Of a DNA stretch of 64,000 bases, positions 41,169-53,832 are shown one piece after another. The notes below the pieces were generated by a model. The model worked only from the letters and a program-made list of their open reading frames with translations, had not been told where the DNA came from and ran no database searches. A program made the translations under genes and the position numbers. Source of the stretch: Octopus vulgaris (Eukaryota); the NCBI GenBank assembly GCA_951406725.2, contig OX597840.1:15500001-15564000 (forward strand), read 5' to 3'. Every line of letters begins with the position of its first letter. Within the stretch, counting starts at the first letter, position 1.

Positions 41169-41330
41169 CCTTACTACTATTAGCTCAAAGCCTGAAATTT
41201 TGGGGAAGAGGACATTTGGTTACATCAACCCCTGTACATAATTGGTATTTTATTTAACTCACCCTGAAAAGATAGAAGGCAAAGTTGACCTTGGTATGAT
41301 TTGAACTTAGAATGTACAGTTCACCGCTTT
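40765..41330 (-). mobile_element. Chain of SINE family B fragments separated by (AAT)n
   Basis: Repeated GAAAGGCAAAGT(C/T)GAC...GAATTTGAACT-like and GCTAA(C/T)GATTCTGCCAGCT modules. Confidence 0.65.
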
Positions 41331-42456
41331 GAATACTCACAAGATAATACCTCTCTGTTGAGTGGAGATATAGTTTTAAGGAATAAGAAAATATGATAGA
41401 GGGACAAGAATTAGAGTCATTATGAAATGTTTTTCTTTACAATTAAGTTGACCAAACTCAACCTAGATATTCAAAAGTGGGTCTTTTCTGTAATAAATAA
41501 AACATTCTTTATTCACTGATTTACTTTCATTCAAACCAGAATATAAAAAAATTATTTTTTACCAAGTGAGATGTAACGTTTATAATCAGAACCGATATTG
41601 ATAATAACATTGGCACCAAAAGTACAAACAAATCTGTAAGAGCTGTCTAAGTCAGCTTAAATATTCTTTCCTTATTGTTTGGTCTTTCCATTAAAGTCAA
41701 AATTCAATTCTATTATATAATACTGAAAAAGAAACAAAATCAAAAACATTCAATAATGGAAACGTTAGTTTTTGGTCTGTTTGACTTCCTGAGAATGAAG
41801 ATGGTCATTGTTTGAAATTTATTCTTTTAACGATAGAAAGGTGAAAACAAACACAAACTAAATATATTTTTATCCACTTTACATGTGAACAAAATGTAAT
41901 CTGGTCATTGTGGGAATTGAAAATGTTGTGGAAATGTTTGTAGACAAATGGCAAGAAATCCCAGAAGACCTTCCTGTAAATTTCAGGAAACTGTTGCTTC
42001 TCTTTCGAAGACAAAAATGCCATTTCACATGCAAACATTTCTATACACTTGTATTTACACACCTCTATTTATATACCTATTGTATATTTATAAACTGATA
42101 TTTATACACTTTCTATACACTTATATTTATACAAACGTTTAACTTTTATCTTTTACTTCTTTTAGTTATTTGACTGCAGCCATGCTGGAGCACCACCTTG
42201 AAGGGTTTTAGTCAAACAAATCATCCCCAGGATTTTTTTAAAGCATAATACTGATTTTATCAATCTATTTTGCCAGACTGTTAAGTTAAAGGAATATAAA
42301 CACACCAACACCAGTTGTCAAACTGACATAAAGACACATACACACTTGTATATGTGTGTGTATATATATATATATATATACACACACATACATACATATA
42401 CATATATATATTCTTATATATACATATATATATATATTTATACAATATATATATAC

Positions 42457-42787
42457 CAGCATGTTGCCTTACTGGCACATGTGCTGGTGGCACGTGTAAA
42501 ACAACATTCAAATGTGGTCGTTGCCAGTGCTGCCAGACTGGCTCCTGTGCAGGAAGCATGTAAAAACACCTTTTGAGTGTGGTCGTTGCCAGAACTGCCT
42601 GACTGGCCCTCATGCCGGTGGCACGTAAAAGCAGCCACTACACTCTTGGAGTGGTTGACGTTAGGAAGGGCATCCATTGTAGAAACTTTGCCAGATCAGA
42701 TTGAGCCTGGTGCAGCCTCTGGCTCACCAGTCCTCAGTCAAGCCGTCCAACCCATGCCAGCATGGAGAGTGGACGTTAAACGATGAT
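42457..42787 (+). mobile_element. RTE-LINE 3' UTR fragment
   Basis: GTGGCACGTAAAA repeats and the terminal module. Confidence 0.75.
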
Positions 42788-44288
42788 ACAAACATACATA
42801 CATATATATATACAACAGGCTTCTTTCAGTTTACGTTGTTATGTGGTAAGAAGCTTGCTTCCCAACCACATGGTTCTAAGTTCGATCCCACTGCATGGCA
42901 CTTTGGGCTAGTGTCTTCTACTATAGCCTCAGACCAACCAGTGAGTGGATTTGGTAAATGGAAACTGAAAGAAACCCATCATATATATGTGTATGTCTTT
43001 GTGTCTGTGTTCTTTCCCCTACCACTGCTTAAAAACCGGTGTTGGTGTGTTTATATCCCCATAACTGAGCAGTTCAACAAAAGAGTACTAGGCTTATAAA
43101 AAAAACACATCAATTTGTTTGACTAAAACACCCTTTGAGGTAGTGCCCCATGACTGAAACATGTATAAGAAAGCATAAATGATTAAGATTTCATTTAACC
43201 CCTTGGCACTTAAACCAACCCTATCCAGCCAAAATATTCTGCTAATTTTATGTTCAAACTGATTAGATTTGGCCTCTCACACCTACCCTACAATGTCATT
43301 CTAAACATAGGCGTAGGAGCGGATGTGTGGTAAGTAGCTTGCTTACGAACCACATGGTTCGTATAGACAGAATAAACTGAATGCTAAATGGTTAATTTAG
43401 GTTCCAAACACCAGCTTCATAATGGGTAAGATATTTTATCAAATTCTTCATTATTTCCAAAATTAATTGAAACAAAGGTGGTGCATCTCAACAGAAATAT
43501 GACAACAAAAGTGTTAACCTTTTTGTTACCATATTTCTGTTGAGATGCTCTGTGTTTCTTTGAATTAATTTTAAATATAACAAAGAATTTAGTAAAATGA
43601 CTTAGTTATCATTAAGCTAGTGTTAGGAACATAAATTGTGACTAAGGTTTGGTAGATTTTAATTCAGAACTTTTGAAAACAAGACATTTGTACTACAGAA
43701 CCAGAGCTAGTTTCAGAAGGGTTAGACCACTTCATTCTTGAACTGCTTCCATGACTGGCATCTTTTCCTCTATTTTAGATACCAATTGTTATTCTGACCT
43801 TCCTGATTTTAGTTTATTTTCCTAAGACATACAAAACCATCTGAAAGACGTCATAAATGACTACAATAAAATTCTTCCAAACAGCCATCAAAATAACTTG
43901 GCTCTCATATGTCACTCTATGAAACTGATCCGGCAGAGTTAACAGAAGAATATACATGACTTAAAAGTTATTTAAAACCAAAGATTGGAAATAACTTTTC
44001 CAATTTCTCTGAAGTATCATTAAACAACAGACAATCTCTAATGAATGTAAGGGAAAACCTGACCATTGTCTTGTTAAAGGTTTGATGGCATTGGCTGTGT
44101 GGTTAAGAAGGTCACTTAGCAACCATGTGACTTCAGGTTCAGTCCTGCTGCATCGTACCACAGGCAATTATCTTTTACTATAATCCTAGGAAACCAAGGC
44201 CTTGTGAGTGAATTTGCTGGAAACTATGTGGAAGCTTATTGTAAATATATATATAGGTGCAGGCACAACTGTGTGGTAAGAAGCTTGC

Positions 44289-44711
44289 CACACAGGCGTT
44301 GAGCTGGCAGAATGCCAGCTCAGCATGCTGGGCGAAAGGCTTAGCAGTATTTCATCTGCCATTACATTCTGAGTTCAAATTGTGCTGAGGTCGACTTTGC
44401 CTTTCATCCTTTTGGGGTTGATTAAATAAGTACCAGTTATTCACTGGGGTCAATATAATCGACTTAATCAGTTTGTCTGTCCTTATTTGCCCTCTCTGTG
44501 TTTAGCCCCTTGTGGGTAGTAAAGAAATAGGTATTTCGTCTGCTGTTATGGTCTGAGTTCAAATTCCGCCGAGGTCAACTTTGCCTTTCATCTTTTCGGG
44601 GTCGATAAATTAAGTACCAGTTACACACTGGGGTCGATGTAATTGACTTAATCCCTTTATCTGTCTTTGTTTGTCCCCTCTATGTTTAGCCCCTTGTGGA
44701 CAATAAAGAAA
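44289..44711 (+). mobile_element. SINE family B with an internal duplication, inserted in a family A SINE head
   Basis: 12-bp TSD TAAGAAGCTTGC at 44277-44288 and 44712-44723. The GTATTTC.TCTGC unit occurs twice. Confidence 0.8.
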
Positions 44712-45186
44712 TAAGAAGCTTGCTTCCCAACCACTTGGTTCCAAATTCATTCCACCGTGTGAAACTTTTTGGCAAGTGTCTTCTGCTATAGGCTCAGGCT
44801 GACCAAAACCTTGTGAGTGGATTTGGTAGAAGGAAACTGAAAGAAGCCCATTGTGTATATATATATCATCATCATCATCATCATCATTTAATGTCCATTG
44901 TCCATACTAGCATGGATTGGACGGTTTGATCAGGCTGGCACACTGGACAGCTGCACCAGACTCCAGTCTGATTTGGCATGGTTTTCTTCAGCTGGATGCC
45001 CTTCCTAACACCAACCACTCTGAGAGTGTAATGGATGCTTTTACGTGCCACTGACACAGGTGCCATTTGCATGACATCAGTATCTACCACAATCGTCATT
45101 CTGCTTGGCTTGATGGATCTTCTTCTCAAGCATAACATAATGCCAAAGATCTCAGTCATTGCCTCCATGACCTAAGATATATATAT

Positions 45187-45241
<55 letters not shown>

Positions 45242-45805
45242 CGGATAAATTAATAAATGGATTCACATGGAGGTGTTATTCAAATCATTTCTAATTCCAG
45301 CTTCTGTTTCGAAAAAAGATTGAGATTATTCTGGAGGGAATAAAAATGATGTAAAACAATGCAATCAGGGAAAAAAAGGAACAAGCATAAATGATTTAAA
45401 TAACACCTGTATTTCACTCCATTTCTTAATTTATCCATGTTATACAAAGACATTTCATTTAACTCTGGAATCTGTACCTTTATAAGTAGGCTCTAGTATC
45501 TTTGGCACTTATGTAAAGTAATTTGCCAGGCAAAGTTCTCATCAGCAGGAGTGCCAAGATTAACATATAAATACGAGGCAATACAGTGCAAGCCGCGTGC
45601 TTACATATTATAATTTTTCAAATTCACCGTGCAAGTGCATTTTTTTTCAGCAGCAAATAAAATAATGCCGATTTGCTCCAAAAAATTAGCTAAAAAAATT
45701 ATTAATATATATCAGGGTAGAAAAAAATCACAAAAATTTTTACTAGCATGTAGAAAACTAGTCAATAGACTATATATAATCAATTGACTAGTTTTCTACA
45801 CTAGT

Positions 45806-46100
45806 GAAGGCGTATGGCTCAGTGGTTAGAGTGTCAAGCTTACGATCCTGAGGTTGTGAGTTTGAATCCCGGACTGGGCTACATGTTGTGTTCTTGAGCA
45901 AGACATTTTATTTCACATTGCTCCAGTTCACTCAGCTCTAGAAATGAGTTGCGACATCACTGGTGCCAAGCCGTATTGGCCTTTGTCTTTACCTTGGATA
46001 ACACTGGTGGCATAGAGTGGGGAGGCCGGTATGCATGGGCGACTACTGGTCTTCCATAAACAACTTTGTCTGGACTTTACCTCGGAGAGTAACTTTCTAG
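45806..46100 (+). mobile_element. tRNA-headed SINE family C-related
   Basis: TGGCTCAGTGGTTAGAG A-box and GTTTGAATCCC B-box. Confidence 0.75.
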
Positions 46101-46272
46101 GTGGGTTTGACAAAGGGTAACTTATAAATTACTCTACACGAAACCATCATGAAACCAGGATTTTCTACACATGAATAAGTTCAGCATTGGGCTGGAACTC
46201 GACAATGTCAGCAGTCCAGAATTTGGGCTGAGTGCTTCTCTGAAAATACCTTTATACCCTGCCAGGACCTAA

Positions 46273-46310
<38 letters not shown>

Positions 46311-46315
<5 letters not shown>

Positions 46316-46505
46316 GAGTAAGCATATAAATGCAAAACGAGGTGGAAAAAATAGTACTCAAATACCAGAGGTAGAGTAATATGCTTTATTGAAAAGCAGC
46401 AGAAATATCACAAAAACTGTTAATCATTTTCATGTTCCCATTCATCAAATGAACGGGAATGTGAAACTCTGAGTAACAGTTTTTGTGATATTCCTGCTGC
46501 TTTTC

Positions 46506-46511
<6 letters not shown>
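46311..46511. mobile_element. Copy of the 33975 HHR element with a fold-back arm (IR 46385-46511)
   Basis: Homologous to 33975-34125. The inverted arm turns at TCATCAAATGA (~46442-46452), which is the HHR core. Confidence 0.75.
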
Positions 46512-46549
<38 letters not shown>

Positions 46550-46667
46550 TACTAATATAAGTGTAAATAATTAATTTAAAAAATTAATTATTATTACCAA
46601 GTAGTTTCAGTATGAAAATATAACCATTATCGGTAGGAACTTTTTCAAAAAGTTCTTTATATATATA

Positions 46668-47068
46668 AATAAATAAATAGGGTTAAGCAACAAGTTGCTT
46701 AGCCACATACCGAAAATTTAGAAATAGCAGTCAAAAACCGATAATATTCCTATTTACTACAAATATAGCTCCACACATAACATTTACTTGTAACTCACAT
46801 ATGTAAAAAGAGGGAAAAATAACGAAAAGAAACAGCAGTGCTGACGACAAGGATATGTTCTTTATAATTCTAACCCAGAGATGCATCCACAACTGACTGA
46901 TGACTGTTTGTTTTCTTTATTTTTCTTTCTGTTTACATATGTAAGTTACAAGTAAATGTTATATGTGGAGCTATATTGGTAGTAAATAGGAATAAGCGGT
47001 TTTTGACTGCTATTTCTAAATTTTCGGTATGTGGTTAAGCAACTTGTTGCTTAGCCCTATTTATTTAT
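46668..47068. repeat. Inverted repeat (~150-bp arms, ~75-nt spacer) related to the 392-760 element
   Basis: TAGGGTTAAGCAACAAGTTGC..AGAAATAGCAG vs CTGCTATTTCT..GCAACTTGTTGCTTAGCCCTA. Confidence 0.85.
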
Positions 47069-47089
47069 ATATATATATATACACACTAG

Positions 47090-47646
47090 GTGAACCTTTC
47101 TTTCATTGGATACTAAACTCTGCTTGTGAAGACCTGTTGAGGCAAGTAAAATCGAAATCAAATTCGATGACAGCACCGCATGACTGGTATCCATGCTAGT
47201 GGAGTGCAAAGAGCACCATCCGAGCATGATCATTGCCAGGGCTACTGACTGGCCCTCATGCTAGTGGCTTGTAAAAAGCACCATTTGAGCGTGATTGTTA
47301 CCAGCATCGCCTTACTGGCATTTGTGCCGGTGGTATGTGAAAAACAACATACAAGCTAGAGTATTGCCAGTGCCACTGGACTGGCACCTGTGCAGGTGAC
47401 ACGTAAAAACACCATTTGAGCATGGCCGTTGCCAGTACTGCCTGACTGGCCCTCGTGCCGGTGGCATGTAAAAGCACCCACTCCACTCTTGGAGTGGTTG
47501 GCATTAGGAAGGGCGTCCAGCTGTAGAGACTCTGCCAGATCAGATTGGAGTCTGGTGCAGCCATCTGGCTCACCAGTCCCCAGTCAAATCATCCAACCCA
47601 TGCTAGCATGGAAAGCGGACGTTAATTGATGATGATAATGATGATG
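47090..47646 (+). mobile_element. RTE-LINE 3' UTR fragment
   Basis: Colinear with 31620-32165. Confidence 0.8.
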
Positions 47647-47658
47647 ACACACACACTA

Positions 47659-48803
47659 AGTAATCCCTTGATTATTGTGGGCATTATGTTCCAAAATCCT
47701 TGGAATAGGTGAAAATTCGCGAACTAGAAACAGTACTGTACCATATATTTTTTTTAATTATTTTTATAATTTGTATATATTCATTTTATTATAAATGCAA
47801 AACAACACCATGGAGGAATCAACATAAGCTTAAATAATAAACTGTGTTAGGTGAACCATGAGAGGTAAAATGCGATAGGTGAACTGTGATAGGTGAACCA
47901 CGATAGGTGAACCATGATAGGTGACCTGCAATAGGTGAACCACGGTAGGTGAACCATAATAGGTGAACCATGAGAGGTGAAGTGCGATAGGTGAACTGTG
48001 ATAGGTGAACCGCGATAGGTGAACTGTGATAGGTGAACTGCAATAGGTGAACCATGAGAGGTGAAGTGCGATAGGTGAACTGTGATAGGTGGAGTGCGAT
48101 AGGTGAACTGTGAAAGGTGAACCGGGATAGGTGAACTGTGATAGGTGAACCATGATAGGTGAACCATGAGAGGTGAAGTGCGATAGGTGAACTACGAGTG
48201 GTGAACCATGAGAGGTGAAATGCGACAGGTGAACCACAATAGGTGAACTGCAATAGGTGAACCATGAGAGGTGAAGTGCGATAGGTGAACCACGATAGGT
48301 GAACCATGATAGGTGAACCATGAGAGGTGATTTGCGATAGGTGAACCACGATAGGTGAACCATGAGAGGTGAAGTGCGATAGGTGAACTGTGATAGGTGA
48401 ACCACGATAGGTGAACCATGAGAGGTGAAATGCGATAGGTGAACCACGATAGGTGAACCATGAGAGGTGAAGTGCGATAGGTGAACTGTGATAGGTGAAC
48501 CACAATAGGTGAACCATGATAGGTGGAGTGCGATAGGTGAACTGTGATAGGTGAACCATGATAGGTGAACCACGATAGGTGAACTGTGATAGGTGAACCG
48601 TGATAGGTGAACTGTGATAGGTGAACCATGATAGGTGAAGTGCGATAGGTGAACCATGATAGGTGAACAGCAATAAGTGAACTGCGATAAGTGAACCACG
48701 ATAGGTGAACCATGATAGGTGAACCGCGATAAGTGAACCACGATGGGTGAAGTGTGATAGGTGAACCATGATAGGTGAAGTGTGATATGGCAAAGGATTA
48801 CTG
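47659..48803. mobile_element. pogo/Tigger-like MITE with an expanded subterminal minisatellite
   Basis: TA|AGTAATCCCTTG ... CAAAGGATTACTG|TA termini. Confidence 0.65.
47845..48786. repeat. 14-bp minisatellite (ATAGGTGAACCRYG and variants), ~67 units
   Basis: Units include ATAGGTGAACTGTG, ATAGGTGAACCACG, ATAGGTGAACCATG and AGAGGTGAAGTGCG. Confidence 0.95.
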
Positions 48804-50908
48804 TATATATCTTTTATCTTTTATTTGTTTCAGTAATTAGGTTGTGGCCATGCTGGAACACTAGCTCAAAGAATTTTTAGTCAAATGTTATATACTTTTT
48901 CTTTTTTTAGCCTGGTTCTTATTTTATCAGTTTCTTTTACCAAACCACTAAGTTACGGGGATGTAAATACATGAACACCAGTTGTCAGGCTGTGGTGGGA
49001 GACAAACACACACACATACACACAGTTTCTGTCTACCAAATCCACTCACAAGGCTTTGGTTGGCCTGAGACTATAGTAGAAAACACTTACCCAAGGTGCC
49101 ACACAGTGGGACTGAACCCAGAACCATGTGGTTGGGAAGCAAGCTTCTTGCTACACACCCATGCCTGCGCCTTCACATGCATTCCTACATGGAGAGAGGA
49201 AGAGAGAGAAATATAGCATCACCTCTGCAACAAATAAATGGATAATCTTTTATTACATGCTTTGAATAATACCCTCCACACACACACATACTTATGCACA
49301 TGTACACACATGCACACACACACACAGACTTACACATACATACACAGACCACACATATACACACACTTACGCACATACACACATTTCCACACATGCACAC
49401 AGACCATGCATACACACATACACACTCATGCACACACACGCATGTGCACAGACTTACACACACCACACATACATACACACACAGACCCCTACATACATAC
49501 GTATACACTCACACAGAGGCTCCACATATGCATACATACATACATGCACAGACCACAAATACATATGCATACACACACACACAGACTACACATACACACA
49601 CCACACATACATATGCATACACACATATACACACATACAGACCCCACATACATATGCATACATACACACAGGCCACACACACACAGATCCCCAGATACAA
49701 ATACATACACACACAGACCACACACACACACACACACACATACACATATACCGCATATACATATGCATACACACACACAAACCACATATACACACACACT
49801 CACACACACAGCTGACACCAATAAGAAACCCACCTCATGCCTATTGGATTTTTTTGCTATGATTCTGTTTTAATTGGAGAAAACAACAACCAATTAACAA
49901 ATTTTGTTCTTATTTAATTATATTTACCTCTTTTTCCTGATTTTATATATTTTTGGGTTGTTTTTTTTATCTCTGAGAGGTGTGTGGGGTCAGTAGCTGA
50001 AGCCCAGAAAGACTGATATTTTCATCAACTACATAATGACAGCTGTCAACAACTCCTCCCCACCACCACTGCCTCCACCAGTTGTCACCACCACCACCAC
50101 CATGTTAAAAGGGAGCCTCTACATGGACATATGACATGCTAGAAATAACAGCCAATACTCCTGTCTTGAGGAAAAAAACAAAGTACACTTTGGATAATGT
50201 TGTCCTAGATATACTAAATCTGGAAAAATATTTTTAAAAAAAGAGAGAGGTTGGTCTCATCTGGAATGTATTTGATCATTTGTCTCCCCCATCTGTGTTG
50301 ACCTGGGGCTAAGCCATAAAAAAACAACAACAAAATCATTTAAAAATGCATCATCACCATAACCACCACCACCACTACCTTCAAAAGAACAGTTCCACCG
50401 TACTCCTGTTAACACTATCACCATTATGATGATAAGGCTGTCAAGCTTATATTTTAATAATAATTTTATCTCTTGCTGCCAAAACTTCCGATTGGGATCA
50501 TCAATTCTTAGTATATCTGTCTCGCTTTAACAATTAAGGTTTCTTGGGAATCAGAGTCCTGGAAATAATGGTGTGATTCTACAGAACCTTCATTGTGCAG
50601 TCAGGCAGAAACTTGAAGATTGTTATTTTCGTGAGAAACAACAAAAATGGAACCAAAACTAAAAGCAAACAAAATTATCTATCCATCCATCTATCTATCT
50701 ATCTATCTATCTATCTATATATCTATCTATCTATATATCTATCTATCTATCTATCCATATATCTATCTATCTATCTATCCTTCTGTCAGCCTGTCTATCT
50801 ATTTATCTATCCATGTATCTGTTTGCCTGCCACTTTCTCTCTCATTCCCTCTTTCTCTCTCTATCTATCTGTCTATCTGTTTGTCTATCTACCAACACTA
50901 TTTGTCGG

Positions 50909-50956
<48 letters not shown>

Positions 50957-51652
50957 ATTCTCTATCTATCTATTTGTCTATCTATCTATCTATCTATCTA
51001 TCTATCAGTCAGTCTATCTATCCATCTATCTATATATCAATCTCTCTGTCCATCTGTCAGCTTGCCTCTCTCTATGTAACCGGGGAATTTTTGCCAGCTG
51101 AGTGGACTGGAGCAACGTGAAATGAAGTGTTTTGCTCAAGAACACACTACATCGACGGTCCAGGAATTGAAACCACAGTCTTACAATCACGATGCTGACA
51201 CCCTAACCACTAAGCCATGTGCCTCCACTATATATATATATACGCATATGCACACACACATATGTGTGTGTATGTATATATATGCATAAAATAGATATAT
51301 ACATATATATGTATAGAATACATGCATACACAAACACACAGATATACACATATGTATGTATATACAGACGTATTTGTAAGTGCCCACATACATATATGCA
51401 AAAAACATTCACATGACTGTTTTCCTTATTTTGACATCTTTGACAGTGTTAAGAGAAGAACCAAACAAAAAAGAAAACTGCTCAAACAACAACAACACCA
51501 GCAACAGAAATAAACCAAATTTTTCTTAGTGAATTGCATGAAACAATGATAAGAGATTATCTTAAAAGTTGTGAAACCTCTACCATTTCAATGTTTCTTT
51601 TATTGCAAGGAAGAGAGAGATTTAATAATAATGATACTACTACTACTACTAC

Positions 51653-51693
<41 letters not shown>

Positions 51694-51696
51694 GTA

Positions 51697-51735
<39 letters not shown>

Positions 51736-52592
51736 GTAATAATAATAATGATAATGATAATAATAATAATAATGGTAATAATAATAATAATGGTAATAAT
51801 AATAATAATGATAATAACAACAATAACAATGATAATAATAAAATCAATAATATTAGTAACAACTTTTTTTTATTAGCTTTTTTTTTATTTAATAACAACA
51901 GAAATAAAGATTTTTCTAAGTTTTTGAAAAAGTTAAAATGATAATAACAATAATAATGATCGTGGTAATGATGATGATGATGGTGGTGGTGGTGGTGGTG
52001 GTGGTGGTGGTGGTGGTGGTGAAGAGTTTGCAATGAATCTGTTGCACGCCAGCTCGAAATAGCAATAAACAGCATGAAATAATTATAACGAAAGAAAGAT
52101 TAAATTAAATTAAGTTGAAGTAGAAACTGATAGGAGATTGTATGGTAATGTGAGGTGTAGTGGGAGGAGAAGGAGAGAGAGAGTAATAGAGGGAAGAGAG
52201 AAAGGAATAGGAGTGTAAGAGAAGGGGAGAGAGTAATAGAGGGAGTAAGTGGGAGAGGAGGGGTGAGAAAAATATGTGATAATCTGTTAGTCTTTAACTA
52301 GTTTAGTTCACTAAAGTGTGGCCATGCTGGAGCACTGATTTTATAAGGAATTTAATCATTGATATTGATTCTAGTTCTTATTTTATTGATCTCTGTTTAT
52401 CAAAAAGCTAGATTAGGGTTCTGTTTCTTTTTACATAAAGGAATGAGCTACAGATTTACACTACTAGATAGACACTTGTGCACACAGCCATATGTGTATG
52501 TGTATATACAGACACATGCATATACATGCATATTATATATGTGTATACATGTAATGCATGTATATAATATATATGTGTGTGTGTCTGTGTAT

Positions 52593-52995
52593 ATCATCAT
52601 CATCGTTTAACATCCACTTTCCATGCTGGCATGGGTTGGACAGTTTGACTGAGGACTGGCAAGCCAGAAGGCTGCACCAGGCTCCAATCTGATCTGGCAA
52701 GAGTGTAGTGGGTGCTTTTACATGCCACTAGCATGAAGGCCAGTCAGGCGGTTCAGGCAATGACCAGGTTCAAAAGGTGTTTTTCATGTGGTACCTGGAA
52801 GCCAGTCCAGCAGCACTGACAACGACCATGATCAAATGTTGTTTTTCACATGTCACCAGCACATGTGCCAGTAAAGCGATGCTGATAACGATCATGCTTG
52901 AATGGTGCTTTTTACAATCCATGGCCCTGGCAACAATCACGCTTGAATGTGCTTTTAACATTCCTCTTGCACAAGTGCCAATCAGGCAGCACTGT
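52593..52995 (-). mobile_element. RTE-LINE 3' UTR fragment
   Basis: (CAT)n tail plus the terminal module. Confidence 0.7.
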
Positions 52996-53033
52996 CATAT
53001 ATATTTATGTATATATACACACACAGACACATG

Positions 53034-53082
<49 letters not shown>

Positions 53083-53083
<1 letters not shown>

Positions 53084-53526
53084 CCAGTTGCAACTGTCGC
53101 AACCCAGGATCCTGTCCACTTAACCAATGATATATGACTAAATCTATCATATATTAGATAGAAGTTACTGCAACCCTAATTAATAATACAGTTGATAACA
53201 AGACCTATCTTGGATTATGTGAAGGTGAATTCTAAAATTACTATGCCAATCACACAGCCTTCTTCCGACATAGGGACAAAAGTAAAGCTACTAAGTTGGT
53301 TAGCTATGTATGAACTTTGAAAGATAACGAAACATTGCATGTGATTAAATGGAAAATAATTGAGAAATCCGTTCCTTATGTGAATGGATCGAATAAATGT
53401 AGACTTTGTTTGACTGGAAAAGAGCAGATCCTATTCAGAGCTAAGATCCCTAACTCTCTTTTGAACTCTAGGTCAGAAATTTTCAATGGTTATATGCATA
53501 TGTATAGATGCATTTTGGAGAAATGA
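53083..53526 (+). pseudogene. Penelope-like element GIY-YIG endonuclease remnant
   Basis: A single frame with in-frame stops reads CNCR..CPL..SIIY..KTYLGLCEGEF..YANH..F..ATKL..IKWKII..KCRLCLT.K..LLNSRSE. This is the Cys-rich GIY-YIG C-terminus typical of PLEs. Confidence 0.85.
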
Positions 53527-53801
53527 AAAATTCCACCTATTCCTGACTGACTTGATATGTTTCCAGTCTTTTCATTTGAGGTCTAAGGACGAAAGCCCTT
53601 TTACCTTTTTACTTTTGATTTTTGACATTTTAGTTTCTGTTTTCCATCTTCCGTTGTTTACTGTCTGCATTTTCTATATGCTGCCTTCTCGATTTCTTCA
53701 TGTCTCTTCTATTATTCAATTATTTTAGTTTGTTATGATATGTGGTTTGTGCCTGAAGAATATGTTTGAGTTCTCAAATTTTCTATCATGGATCAGTACA
53801 A

Positions 53802-53832
<31 letters not shown>

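Noticed and set aside
46836-46905. CTGACGA and CTGATGA within the IR spacer
   Set aside because: No downstream GAAA or helix III.
47819-48793. 303-324 aa ORFs; superficially CRISPR-like periodic array
   Set aside because: This is a 14-bp tandem minisatellite with no unique spacers and no cas genes; the ORFs are artefacts.
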